From: the human T2T-CHM13v2.0 reference genome, Homo sapiens
NCBI RefSeq assembly: GCF_009914755.1
Contig: NC_060929.1
DNA length: 64,000 nt
Strand: one strand, 5' to 3'
Below, one piece after another: positions 44,101-60,130 of this stretch. Both the position numbers and the translations under genes were made by a program. The notes beneath the pieces are model-generated. The model was not told the DNA's origin, did no database searches, and saw only the letters and a program-made list of their open reading frames with translations. The first letter of the stretch is position 1, and each line of letters begins with the position of its first letter.

Positions 44101-47063
44101 AGAATCAGGGCAATCTCATGAAATCATGAGAAAAAAAAGTGTTGCAGGGAAATCTCATGCAATCGGGCTCACCTGTAACACTTTGTTTCTGTCTCCCTAA
44201 TGCTTGATATCCATATTTACGAGCTAAATTCTCCTGAGCCAGCTATCATCAGCCATCCACACGTGATAACAGGTGAGGGGAGGGAGGAAAAGGGTGTGTT
44301 TGGGAAAAGCTGGGGCTGAAGCTGTACCATAGAGTACTGTAAGCAAACACTCCAGTAAAACATTCAAGGATAGGATACAATATTGATACTGATAAATATC
44401 TGTATGATGTCAACACGGGAGAGCTACAGGAGATACAAACACTGTAGGTGGCCATTTTATTTTAACACTCAGTGTAACTCTTTATCACTGGTGGTGCAGT
44501 TATAGAGATTTTTTTCCAGCAGCCACGTTTATGGCTTGTTACTCAGTTGTTGGCATGTTACACTGAAGATTTATGTCTCTTTGAAGACATTATGTTTATT
44601 ATCAGTGTGTCAAGACAGTATATCCAGGTGAAAATATAAATGTAAATAACCAATATCCTCCGAAGGAGAGTCAGGAGGAAAGTTGCAATCCTTTCTCGAC
44701 TTTGAGCGTGTGGAGTTTAGGGATATTTGATATGTACTTAGGAAAGACTGATTGATGTGTTGAAAGTTAATGGGAACTCAAAAATTCAACAAAATGTACA
44801 TGACCCACTGTCTTAAAAATCAATGTCTAAATTTTTGTAGCAGTTTGCATTATAGATTTTACAATCTTTTTAACATCTTAAAAATAGAAACACTTGCACA
44901 AAGATTTAGTGACTTTCAAGTCAAGCAAATTACTTGATGAACAGAGATCATAAAAAAAACTTTCCTAATTGAAAAGATTCAGAAAAACTAAAGGCCCTTA
45001 AGATTAAAACAGTAAAAAGATTATGCCGATTTAGTTCCAACCAGCATACTTTTCTGTAGGCAAGAGGGTATTTTCAGCGATGTTCAATGAGTTGTTTTTT
45101 TTTTTTTTAATGATATTTGGGTGGTGAAGTGACTGCGACACTGTTAACAATATGGGAAGAAAAGTTGATGGCACTTCTCTCCCTCATTATTTGCAGCACT
45201 TCCTTCAGTACAGTTGGTGGTCTTGTTACAGGCAGAAGGGCCCACTCAACATATCCAGTATTAGGTATTTCCTACTTATAAAGTTGCATCTGAGAAAGAC
45301 TGAAGATGAATGCATTGAGAGCTCTGAGTGTCACAGGATGGAGCTCATGTGAGTGCCAATGTGAACATATTTATACCTGGAAGTAAATGTTTCTTTCCCT
45401 TTCTTCCTGGACTTTGGTAGAATATTTTTCCATGGATATCTAGGTGGATATTGTCTTTACTTAACAAATCTGGCTTCCAGATTGTCTGTTTGGTAAATGC
45501 TCTCAGAATCTCCAATGTGCCAGACACAGACAGCTGTTCTTGTTTGATTATCGACTTAACTATGAAATGTGTCTCCTGACATTTGCGTATGAGGGTAGCT
45601 TTGGCAGAGTTGGTAAGAAGGAGAAAAGGTAATTCTCTGTCAGTTAAAAATCCATCAACATTTTAATTGTTTTTGTTCAATTTCTGATAAGATAGCTCCT
45701 GAAACTTTGCCCACATGTCTTCTATGTGGAGATCCTGGGCAATTCTTCTGGCATAGCGGTTCTCGCTGCTATTTTATATTCATTTGGCCCTGCTTCTCTT
45801 TGGTGTGATTTCATGTTCATAAATTATTTTTTTCCTCTCTGTAATAAGAAACAGGACAAGATAGTGGGGAGGAGGAGAGAATAATTACCATTACCATTCA
45901 TAAGGAAACATAATTCTGAAAAAACTATCTTGTTTCCTTGGAGCACTGGGGATAAACTGTCATGACTTGGAAGCATTTTGTGAATTTGCAAAGATCTTCA
46001 AGACCAACTATAGTTTACCATGTTAATTTCTTGTTGATTTTTAGCAATTTTAAATTCTTAAAGCTTAGCTTAGCGTGCGCCTCTAGGCTTTTTAATTAGA
46101 TCTGCATATAAAAGTCCAAAGTGTTGATGGAACTTTTATGAATTGTTTTAAGATCTGGGAAAAAGGGGAAAAAAAAAGAAGCAGTTTATCTTTTGTTTGG
46201 TAATCACTTTCATTATGGAGATTGTGGTGAAAACAAAGGAGAATTTTACTTTTGTTAGAAAATATTGAATATTCTAAACCTTCTTATAATAATTGGCTTT
46301 AATGTCATTCCCATTGTAAGTGTTAAATCATGATATTTTCATTACCCAGTGTTACAATAAATTTTATAAAATAAGAAAAATGTTAAGATTTTATTTTGTT
46401 TTAGAAAGAACATATACATTTTCCATTTAATTTTCTATAATGGTAATTCAGTTACTAAGAGAACCATGAGTTCTTCTTTTATAAAGTGAAAAATTACAGA
46501 ATGATTTGCTGAGGGCAATACATATGGAACAAAATGTAAAAGTTTTATATTTTTTTTCAGTGAGAAATGTGGTTTAACATCTTCCAACTAGATAATGTTG
46601 CCTCCTGTATAAATAGGGCATAACTCATCTTGCACCCACTGTCATTATCTTTCAATGGGATTAATTCTGAGTCCTCCCTGATCCCCACCCAACTGGTGTC
46701 TTCACCTTCATTCTGAAACACCACCAATGAGCTTACGTGCGTTTTAGTAGAGAGCCCACAGAAATTTGATAGAAGGCTTGGCTCTGAGTCTGCATTATGC
46801 CACCAAATAACAGCTAGATTGTAGGTGAATTATTTTGATTATAATTTCTTCTCTACATGTTTCGAAGAGTTTTGTGATGAGAACATAAATACTTAGAGGT
46901 GCTTTTTAATGTAGTGCCATATAAATAAAAGACACCATTATTCCTGAGGCACAGCCCATATTCCCTTCTCAAAAATCTTAAATGATTGCCTCTTGCCTAA
47001 ATTCCAACCTTTTTAAAAAATCATTGAAGGTCTCTGATCTCCCACCTATATACGTATGTATAC

Positions 47064-47140
47064 GTATGTGGATGTTCCAGTTATTACAGTTGTAAAATAA
47101 AATGTCCCAAAACCTAGTAGCCCAAGACAGCCTATAAACA
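47064..47140 (+). repeat. Dispersed ~80-bp copy of 48267-48347
   Basis: GTATGTGG.TGTTCCA.TTATTAC...ATAAAATGTCCC.AAACCTAGTAGC.CAAGACAGCC...TATAAACA at both sites. Confidence 0.9.
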
Positions 47141-47972
47141 TACGTAGATGGAAGATTAGAGACCCTGAAATTGGAAATAAATATATATATATATACACAC
47201 ACACACACGGCCTCTACTCATCTACCATTCCAATCCTGTTTCCCTCCTCCCTTTCATGCACTCTTGATTCAACAGTCTTCCAAGTTCTTCCCTTTTAACA
47301 TGTTAATTCTTTGCATAAAATTTTCTTTTCCAAATATTCAATTTATTCTCCTCCACTTATATAGTCTTTCATGACCCTGTCCTGCTACATATAGAAGAAA
47401 TCCCTCATATCTCTGAAAAACCATACCTATTTTTCTTTGTTTCATCATTTTCTATTTTATTTATGGAATGGCTTTATCTCCTCTCCTATACATTCCTGAA
47501 TGATTCGTTATACCCCAAATGCCTAGAGCTTCCATTGCACATTCTAGCTGCTCTATAAATATTTGCTGAGTGAATATAAAAAAGCATAATACCACTTTTC
47601 TTATTTCCTGAAGTTCTTTTAAAAAGTTATTGTGCTTCTAAAGATCCTTCAAAAAAAGGCCTGTTATTATGATGATGGTGGCAAGTATGTACAAATAGCA
47701 AAAACCTACACATTTAATTAGATGTCAGCCTTCATTTTGTATTGAAAATTAAGTAATGAGAAAATCTTTCATTAAAAATTACTCTTTCTCTTTGTGCAGA
47801 GATTTACTGCTGAGTATTATTGATTTTTTTCTGACAATCTCCACAAGTTAGTAATTTCTTTTGCTTGGACTTTGAATCTCAAGGACAAGATTCTGGAATA
47901 TTGGAAGTGAGATGTAAAGAATAAGAGAGAGGTATATCTAGCTTGTTTGCTTTATCACTTGGCCATATTAGA

Positions 47973-47975
<3 letters not shown>

Positions 47976-48014
<39 letters not shown>
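47976..48014. repeat. (TG)19 microsatellite
   Basis: Direct reading. Confidence 0.95.
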
Positions 48015-48016
<2 letters not shown>

Positions 48017-48275
48017 ACTGAGGACAGCCCTATAAGACTCATTTGGGAAGATTTTTCACCTTACTTAATCTTAATGACAGGTCAAAGTATTTAGTGGCCT
48101 TTATACCATTTGTATTCATGTATTCCATGGGTCATGCAGTTCTCTTATTTGATTAAAAAATCTAACACTGATATGGAAATGTTGATACCATATCTAAAAG
48201 ACAGTGAAGATAAATGGAAGAGTCAGAGTCACTAGTGGAAATTTATCTGCAAGTTCACTCTGTCTTGTATGTGGG

Positions 48276-48823
48276 TGTTCCACTTATTACCAGGTGTATG
48301 ATAAAATGTCCCCAAACCTAGTAGCACAAGACAGCCCTTTATAAACAGCCCTTTATTGTATTCACAGATTCTGTGGGGCGAGGGCATTGTTAAGGCAAAG
48401 AGTGTCAGCTTGTCTCTGCTCTACAATGCCTATGTCCTCAGCTGGAAGACTTGAAGACCAGAGACTAGAATTATCTGATGGCTTCTCTGAGCATGTTTCG
48501 CTATGTCTCTGTAGTCTCTCTCTGTGATCTTGACAATTTGGCAACTTCATGGTAGCCAGATTTTTCACTCATTGGCTCCCAATTCTCTTGTCCTTAGAAG
48601 AGGTGGTATGTATGGAAAGCCAGCAAAAGCTGAATTGTCTGTTTGGATCTAGTCTCAGAAGTTACACAACATCACTTCTTGTATTCTGTTTGTCAAGACA
48701 GTCACAAAGTTACATCCAATTTCAAGGTAGGGTGTTAGGTGAAGGTTAGTGGCAAGGGTCTGGAAGAAAATATGAGACTAGAAATCTCATCATGGCCATT
48801 TGAGGAAAATACAATCAACTGTA
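48276..48823 (-). mobile_element. MLT1F/G/H-like solo LTR
   Basis: TGTTCCA.TTAT...TCACAGATTCTGTGGG...CCTCAGCTGGAAGACT...GGAAAATACAATC; 5-bp TSD GTGGG at 48271-48275 and 48824-48828. Confidence 0.8.
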
Positions 48824-49713
48824 GTGGGTATCTTGAAATTTCAATTAAATTATGGTTTAGGATTATAAAATTTAAACATAAATAATGATATTAAGCCTTG
48901 TTTTGTGAGTCTATTCCAGACACTTCTCCTCTAGGTTTATTGTCATATTTTGGGAGGAATTTGGAATTTTTTAGTTTTTCTGGTAAATTGCCCCAGCTTA
49001 ATCATATGCTTAAGAGCAACAAACAAAATTAAACAGGCATACTTAAACAAGTATATGATCCTGCAATAATTTCTCTAAAAGTAATGACCATGTAGAAATA
49101 ATTAGAATTTCAAATCATGTTAAAGTCAATTTCTTTCTGCTAACCTGAGTCAGCAGACACTAACCAAGCTTAGAAGAACTATTCTAATTTCAGCGTACAA
49201 TATCCAGAAATAAAGCAAATGTGAAGGACTCCATGGCCTTCAGAGATGGAACTTTGCCCCTTATCTCAAAGCCTTTTATTTCTAAGATGTGTGCTACTTC
49301 CAGCAGACCTGACTCATTAATGCCTGTCTCCTTTCCATGTTGCTCTGGATGGTCAAAGCATCATTATTGAGAACGTACCTTGTGCAAGGCACACTTTTTT
49401 TCCTAATTGCTTTGCATAGAGATGAGTACTTTTTCAAGGTTGAAGGCTTCGGATGAGAAAAAGACTGCTATTGAGCTAATCAGAGCATTTGTAGGGAAGG
49501 GAAGGGGGTCAGTGATTTTCTAAGAAGAACAAAGTCTTTTCTCTTTTCCTTTTTCTGTTTTTAAATATGGGTACAGTCTATAAAACTTAATATTTGCTTA
49601 TTCTTGTTTTGTTTTATTCCCCATTGTATATCCATTTTATCTTTTACAGGGATACCCTTTTGAAACGCACACATTAATTTTAAGAAAGAATAAAATCAGT
49701 ATTTTTATGATAT

Positions 49714-51308
49714 TGTCACAAGATCCTTAGGGTGTCACTTTGCCATCCAGAAACCTCTGTGGCTGGTGGTGCCTTTGCCCAAGTTTGCTTGGGCCTGCTG
49801 GGCTTGTTCTGATCACTTGGCCTGGCAGGCTGTGCTTGGCTTTTGCTTCTGGCCCAGATCCTATGCCTGCCAAGGGCGAGTCAGGTGTGGAGTGGTGAGG
49901 GGTGTGTGAATGAGTGAGTGTGGGGTCTGACCACTGTGAACAGCCAGGCATGCTGGCTATGTCAGGGTGGGCAGCTCCAGATGCTGACATGGGCACTGGC
50001 TCCTTGCTGTGGCTAGACCAGACATACTACAGAGGCTTCCACTCGGGCACTGGGAAACATGCTGGTGCCAGGAATCTTGGAGATGCCAGGAACCACAGAG
50101 CCCCATAGAGGGTGTCACAGCGCTGGCTCTGAGAGCTCCTAAGTTTGGGCTTCCCGAAGGGCCGCAGCTCTTCTTTCCTTCTCATCACAGGCAATGTGGA
50201 GAGCAGAGGGGCATGTTTCCGCCCTATTTCTGTTATAGCTCCTTCAGTCCGACTAATTCGGTGGGTCCAGAGTTCTTGTCCTGTGTCCAGGAAGAATGAG
50301 GTGTGCGGACAACTGGAGGGTGAGTGAAGTGAAGAGGTACTTTTTTATTGAGCAAAAGTACAGATCTCAGAAGACCAAAAGTGGATAGCTCCTTTCCACA
50401 GGCAGGTCATCCTGATGTCTTTGCAGCCCTCAGCAGAAAGGAGACCTGGAGTAGGTAGCTGTTATCTGCAGATAGGTTGTCCTGACAAGTATACAACTCT
50501 CAGCGGAGAGGAAACCCACAATGAGTAGCTCCTGTCCACAGGCAGGTCCTCCAAGCATCTGCCCAAGTCTGGCTGCGTCGAGTTTTTATGGGCTTCAGAA
50601 GGGAGTTAAGTGTGTGCCGATTGGTCCATGGGCGGCCATGGGCAGGCCCAGAAAAAGCACCATAAGTTCTCACTCCAGTCTGTGGAACTGGCAGCTGAGC
50701 CCCCTGGCTTCTGGCAGTACCTGGCTTGAAGGTGGGGTTTCACCAGGGACCCACCCCTTTCCACCCAGGAACCTGTCTGCCTCCTGTTGCCATCAATATG
50801 TTGTCCACAGCACCCCGGCTTGTCCATGCTGAGGGGCACCTGCAGGCCTGCACCGAGCCACCCTTAGCCCTCTCTCAGCCTCCCTCTCATGCTCATGGGT
50901 CCCCAAAGTCCGGAAGGGGCCAAGGCAGAAGGCCGCTGGTGTGTCAGCTTTGCCCTGAGTGCACGCACACCCGGCCTGGTTGTGATAATGCCTGGGCTCA
51001 GCCACAACTTTGCTCTGAAATCAAAGCGGACGCTAGGAGTAGGAAAGGCCAGGCAGTGGGAGTAGGCACTTTGGAGACCGTTGGGGCAGGGATTGGCGGC
51101 TTCCCAGGCCCCTGAGAGGGCAGGGATGCTTGGGTCCACAGCTATGGCTGGGCGGCTGTAGCTGCAGCTGCGCCCAGGAGCATGGGGCGCCTGCTCCACC
51201 AACTCGGAATTAGTCGGGGCTCCATGGAGCATGCAGCCTGGCCATGCCTCCCCCACTACAGCTGTCGTCTTTGCAACAGCCGCTTCGGATGGGCTGCTGC
51301 TGTCATCA
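49714..51308 (-). mobile_element. MER52(A-like) ERV1 solo LTR, ~1.6 kb
   Basis: TGTCACAAGATCCTTAGGGTGTC...GCTGTCATCA, GC-rich; 4-bp TSD ATAT at 49710-49713 and 51309-51312. Confidence 0.88.
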
Positions 51309-51426
51309 ATATGGGCCCTAACTCTTTTAGAAAATGATCTTTTACATCCTTATGAATATTGCTATCAGTTGGTATATTTTTGCTAATCCCCTCTAAATTT
51401 ATACTTTATGAAACTGAAGACTTTAG

Positions 51427-54087
<2,661 letters not shown>

Positions 54088-57000
54088 TAAAATCCAACTC
54101 AACATTGAAGATCTATGTAGTTCAAATGCAACCTAATTTCCAAAGCTCTCCCTGATATGTTCCCTCTTCCCTCCTTCACAAATGAAACACAAATCTCTTC
54201 AGTTTTCCTGTAATGTTGCTCATCTCTAATAGCACAGTCCATAGATTATTATCAAAGTTATTTACAAAAGTCTTTTATCTTTTCTTTAAGAATAGTCCTA
54301 GTGTCCTCCAAAAAATAAAATTAGCTTACTGCTTCGTCGTCCTTAAGAACATATGAAAAAGAAAAATTCTGGGTCAATCAAAATGAACATTATCACCTCC
54401 GTGTGACTTCTTTATTATCACTGCATATAATAAATTATGTTTCTATTGGTGTTGAAACAGCAAATAGCCTGTAGGCATTTTTAGCATGTGCTTTTGACAG
54501 CAGCAGAAAGATATTTTGAGGAAAAATTATTAATTGAAATATCAAAAAATTATACAAGGGAAAATCTATCTCTGGATAATTCTTTATAGCAAATATATAA
54601 TTTAGTATTATTTGCAAATTACATATGGATGGGGTGAGGGTGGGAGTGAGGGCTTGGAAAGCGACCTTTAGGTTTCTAAGGATCTCAATTTTGTCTGATT
54701 TCTACTTTGGCTTCTCAGATTTCCACTCAGTTTATCCCCTAGTCAAATGATTCACCTTCTCTCCTATTAGAATTTCAGGATGAGTTTTCTCCTCTTTTTA
54801 ACCCATGAGCAAAATAAATCCTTCCATTACCTTATTCAATGAATCTATATCCTATGATATTTTATTTATTTCAATGTTAGTATTTATAGCTGGTTTTGAT
54901 CAGTTTCAGCATGCAGGGGTATTTGATATTGTTTGGTTCTATAGTGCAGAGCTGAAGTGGGCCCTGTGGCTGTGGCAGATGTATAGAGTGACCTGGGACA
55001 TAACTTGTATCAGTTCGTCTCCTCCTTAGGATATTAAAACCGAAAGGCAAGACCTTTTGGGGGCCCTTCTGTTCATCTTTTCATTAGAGCTATGTTTGCT
55101 ATTTGAATTTTGGGGCACAGTAGTCCACAATACCTTTATTCTTTTAAAAGTATTGATATTCAATTCTTATATTTCTGAGAAAGACTAACAAGTATTTTAA
55201 TTGTTTATAACAATAGTTTAGTTGTAATTTTAGCAGAGAAAGTGCCTTAAATAATTTAATTTGGGATACACAAAAATTAAGTGAGCAGGAATTGAGCTTG
55301 ATAGGAAAGTGGGGAGAGCTGCTGGGTTATGTCTTTGTTTTTTAGATATTAATAGTTGACAGACTGCTTATGTGCATGAAAGAGTAAGTTTGTTAGGGTC
55401 CCATGGTGCCTATTAAGGCTTTCCAAGTAACAACCGAACTTCACTGGGTGCTAAGTGCTTCAGGTAGATAGATGGCTGATGTTCAGATTCAAATGTTACT
55501 CCTGCCTGAAGGTCCTATTTTTTGAAATACTGAGATAGCTTGTAAATTCACTGAATGCAAGGGAACAAAAATGACTGCTATTCACCAATTAAATTCTTTC
55601 CTCCCAATGCAGAAATCAATCTTGTACTTTAGTCAGTGGGGGAGATAAAACTCTAGGACAACAACCAGCTGTGATGGCAGAAGGAAAGGCAATGAAAGTT
55701 TAGAGGCAGGAGCCACTCTTGGCTAAAACAGGGGAAGAAAATGGACTCGAATTGGTATTGGACTCAAGGGCATGTATCCTATACTCTCAGCATAAGCTGA
55801 GAGAATGACAGTGGACGATGTAGAGCAAAGGGCTGACTTGAAAAATCAGTTCAAGCAGCTTGGTTGTCTCCCAGAGATGAGGAGAAGCAGTCTTCAGGTC
55901 ATATCCGAAGGGCGGACAGAAAGCAATAGTCTCACTTTGCTTTCAGTGTTTATTAAAGTAAAGCCCAGGAGATGATGGTTGGAGTAATGAAACAGGTATA
56001 TTATGGGTGAGCAGGGGCCAGGTGACCAAGGACAGGTGGGCTGAATGCAAAGTGCATTAGAATGAATAACCCAAGGCAGTGATTGCAACTAAGATTAAAT
56101 TGGAAAACTTTCAGGGGCAGCGACTAAGACATCACATGTCCCACAGTACTAAACAGAACACATATGTAAGTTAATTGAGCTAATGTAGGTCAGGTCTTTG
56201 ATCAGAGCATCTATATTTCAAAAGAGGCATTCACAGACAATTATGTCTTTTATGTATGCTTATCAGTAAATGGTTGTAGAAAGGAATTCTTTCCCTGCTC
56301 ATTAGTGAAAAAGTAGCCCAGGAGTACTGGCACAGTGAATTGGCTCTAGAATTTTCCCCATGTACAACTCCCCTTCCCTCACTGATTCCTGCCTTATGAA
56401 CACCAGAATTGTGTTTTATCCCTGCTGTGGAAAATGGTGGTGGCTCCATGTCCTTCACTGTAACTAAGCAATCTCTGATGGTCTTGTCACACTCTTTTTC
56501 AATCTGCTTGCCCATGGATTGGCGAGTCTTTCTGGGTCAGCTATAGAAAAAAGCAATCCCAGAAATTCCTCCTTTTAAAATGGTATTCTTAGGATAATCC
56601 AATGTTTTCACTATTTTACATCAAAGGCCACTGCAAGAATAGCTCACAGGATTGCAGCCTTGAAGAAGCATGGGGCTGGAGCTTCAGAGGCCACCAGCTT
56701 ACCTGTGTTCTTTTTTGTCGAGCTCTGAATAAGCCATACACAGGGAACATCACAGTGGCAACTCTGGCTTAGTGATCACAATTTCCTACTTTGTATTTTT
56801 GAAAAGTTTCACTTCTCAAAGGGCCTAGATCAGTAGTCCTTTTAGATCAGACTTGGACAGAGTTTTTGAAACTTCATTCAACCACAGAAATTTAAAGTTG
56901 CCTAGGATTGTGGCATGCATTATCCCAAAGTGAATTATTTTGCATGCTGTCTCTATGCACAACTAAAATGCATATACAAACACACACATGCATTATGTCT

Positions 57001-57550
57001 AAGAGATATTTATTTATTGAAGATACTTTTGGTGACCACATTTTTAGAGCATACAAGTGTCAAAACCAGTCATGTTCTATCCTCTGAAGTGACATAGATA
57101 ATCCTATTGTGTATAATTGTACTTTGGTGGCAATTAGTTTATTACATAAGATAGCCAGTTATGACCAAGGACTTGAGTGAATAAGAGGTGGGGGATAATG
57201 CACTGATGAGAGAAAGAAGAGAAGAGGGATGGTAATAAATGTGGATTAATGTGGGGTAATGCTTATATGACCAAACAGATGACTTCATGGGAGGTGGGAA
57301 CAGACTTCAGGAAACTCAACTGGTAAAAAATTTATTAAGCCTTAAATGATCTCCTTTGCTGTTAGTCATCTATCCTTAATAGAGATTTTTTCTTATTCCC
57401 TATGTTGGAAGTTTGAAGTCTATCACTTCTCTATATTTTTTTAACCTTTCTTTTGTTACTTAGTAATAATAACCAAAACAATATCATCAACAAAAATAAT
57501 TTTATTTTTTTGCTTCTCTTCATTCTGCTTATTTGCTGCTTTTTAAAATT

Positions 57551-57823
57551 TTATTATTATTATTGTTTTTTTTTGAGATGGAGTCTCACTCTGTTGCCCA
57601 GGCTGGAATGCAGTGGCATGATCTCAGTTCACTGCAACCTCTCCTCCTGGCTTCAAGCGATTCTTCTGCCTCAGCCTCCTGAGTAGTTGGGACTACAGGC
57701 ACACACCACCATCCCTGGCTAATTTTCATATTTTTAGTAGAGACGGGGTTTCACCAGATTGGCCAGGATGCTTTTGAACTCCTGACCTCAAGTGATCCAC
57801 TTGCTTCAGCCTCCCAAGGTGCT
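57551..57823 (-). mobile_element. AluS, slightly 5'-truncated
   Basis: Alu body ends at CCTCCCAAGGTGCT. Confidence 0.9.
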
Positions 57824-57949
57824 TCTTTAAGCATTCTTCTGAAAAAGGTTTACACAGAAAGCATATAAATGCATAAATAGCCACATCATGAGTGACACAG
57901 CTGAGCCTAACCATCACAAGTTTCTGATTTCTAGTTCATTTTTTGTTTC

Positions 57950-58410
57950 TGTTGACTTAAAGGAAGAAACTGAGGCAACATTAAAATAACTAGAAAGTTT
58001 ACTTTGGCCAAGTTTGAAGATTGCAACCTGGGAGACATAGATCCAAGTTGCACCAAATATATACTCCAACTAGCTGCAGTTACAAGTGGGTTTTCAAAGG
58101 GAAAAAGAAAGAGAAGTTCTTAAACTAACAAAAGGTATCTATATAGGTTGTTCTTTGTATCACAAATTCTGGAAAAGGTGAAGATAGTAAGTGAGGGTCA
58201 CATTATGCAACTTGTGGTAACATTTAAGGTAATTTATCAGCTAGTCTGGAAACTACTGGAAAGAAAAATACAAAATGCATTGAGGAAATTGACCCCACTA
58301 ACCCAGGGATAGGTGCAGGAGGCATGACTGGACTGCCTGGGCCTGATAAATTTTGCACACCTCACATTTCTCAGACACTCTGAGCTACTTTGCTTTCCAA
58401 TTTCTAAGCA
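57950..58410 (-). mobile_element. ERV1 MER4-group solo LTR (MER34-like)
   Basis: TGTTGACTTAAAGGAAGAAACTGAGGCAA...GGCCAAGTTTGAAGATTGCAACCTGGGAG. Confidence 0.6.
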
Positions 58411-58696
58411 TAATGGCAAAAAAGAAAACAAACAAACTTGTGTTTTTGCTCTGTTTCTTGTGCATGAAGCAATCAAACCAATGACCTTGATTTGATGTGT
58501 CTAAATCATATATAAAGGTTTCTTAGTGCAATTGATCTTTCCAAATTTTATTTTGCTTTTTCACTTCCTATTCATTTTTTGACAAACGTTAGTTAAAATT
58601 GTGACATTTATTTTCACTGTTTTTCTTTTTCAGAAATATAATAGGCATGTTAATTCCTATATATAAATTTGAGAATCATTGTGACACCTTTGAAAA

Positions 58697-59060
58697 TGTT
58701 ACCAAAACTCCAGGGGTTCTGTGTAGGACCTGCTGCTTCCTGTGCAGAAGGCCAATCACAGAGACAACAATTACTGCCAAGGAAGAAGGCCTTAATCGGG
58801 TGCTGCTGCAAGGAGATGCGAAATCAGTTTCAAATCCATTTCCCTGTTGGACTAAAACTAGGAGTTTATCTAGCAGGGAAGAAATGTAATAATGTATAAG
58901 AAAACAGGAACTAGGGAGGGATGAGGAAGCAATCATGATGAAGGAGAGCTCATGCATCTCATTTTCTCTATGTGGTGATCTAGTGAGTCTCAGTTCTTTG
59001 ATTTTTTTTTTGAGAGGCCGCTTAGCAGGTCCTTTCCTGAGGAAGGAACTCAGATAAAAT
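58697..59060 (-). mobile_element. ERV1 MER4-group LTR, 3' half (family uncertain)
   Basis: TGTTACCAAAACTCCAGGGGTTC...GGAAGAAGGCCTTAATCGGGTGCTGC. Confidence 0.65.
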
Positions 59061-59312
59061 CGCGCACTTGACTTTCTCAAGTTGCCACTTGGCCTTCTTT
59101 TAAGTGTACTTTACTTCCTTTTGTTCCTGCTCTAAACTTTTTAATAAACTTTCACTCCTAGTCCAAAACCTGCCTTGGTCTCTCCTTCTGCCTTATGCCC
59201 CTCAGTCGAATTTTTTCTTCCGAGGAGGCAAGAACTGAGGTTGCTGCAGACCTGTATTGATTCCCACCTATAACACTTTGGTGCCATGTCTGGATACATT
59301 CCACTGCTAACA
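59061..59312 (+). mobile_element. ERV1 LTR 3' half (MER50/MER51-like)
   Basis: AATAAACTTTCACTCC...TGCCCCTCAGTCGAATT...GAGGAGGCAAGAACTGAGGTTGCTGCAGACC...GCTAACA. Confidence 0.7.
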
Positions 59313-59319
59313 CTTTCTG

Positions 59320-60130
<811 letters not shown>

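Noticed and set aside
44342-44447. Protein-like short frame (...IGYNIDTDKYLYDVNTGELQEIQTL)
   Set aside because: Bounded by stops, with no polypyrimidine acceptor and no recognised homology
49727-51256. Dense ORF cluster in GC-rich DNA
   Set aside because: Stop-poor MER52 LTR; CpG-depleted, so not a CpG island or exon
55280-56230. Purine-rich stretch resembling an ancient LINE or LTR-internal relic
   Set aside because: Could not assign a family or boundaries by eye
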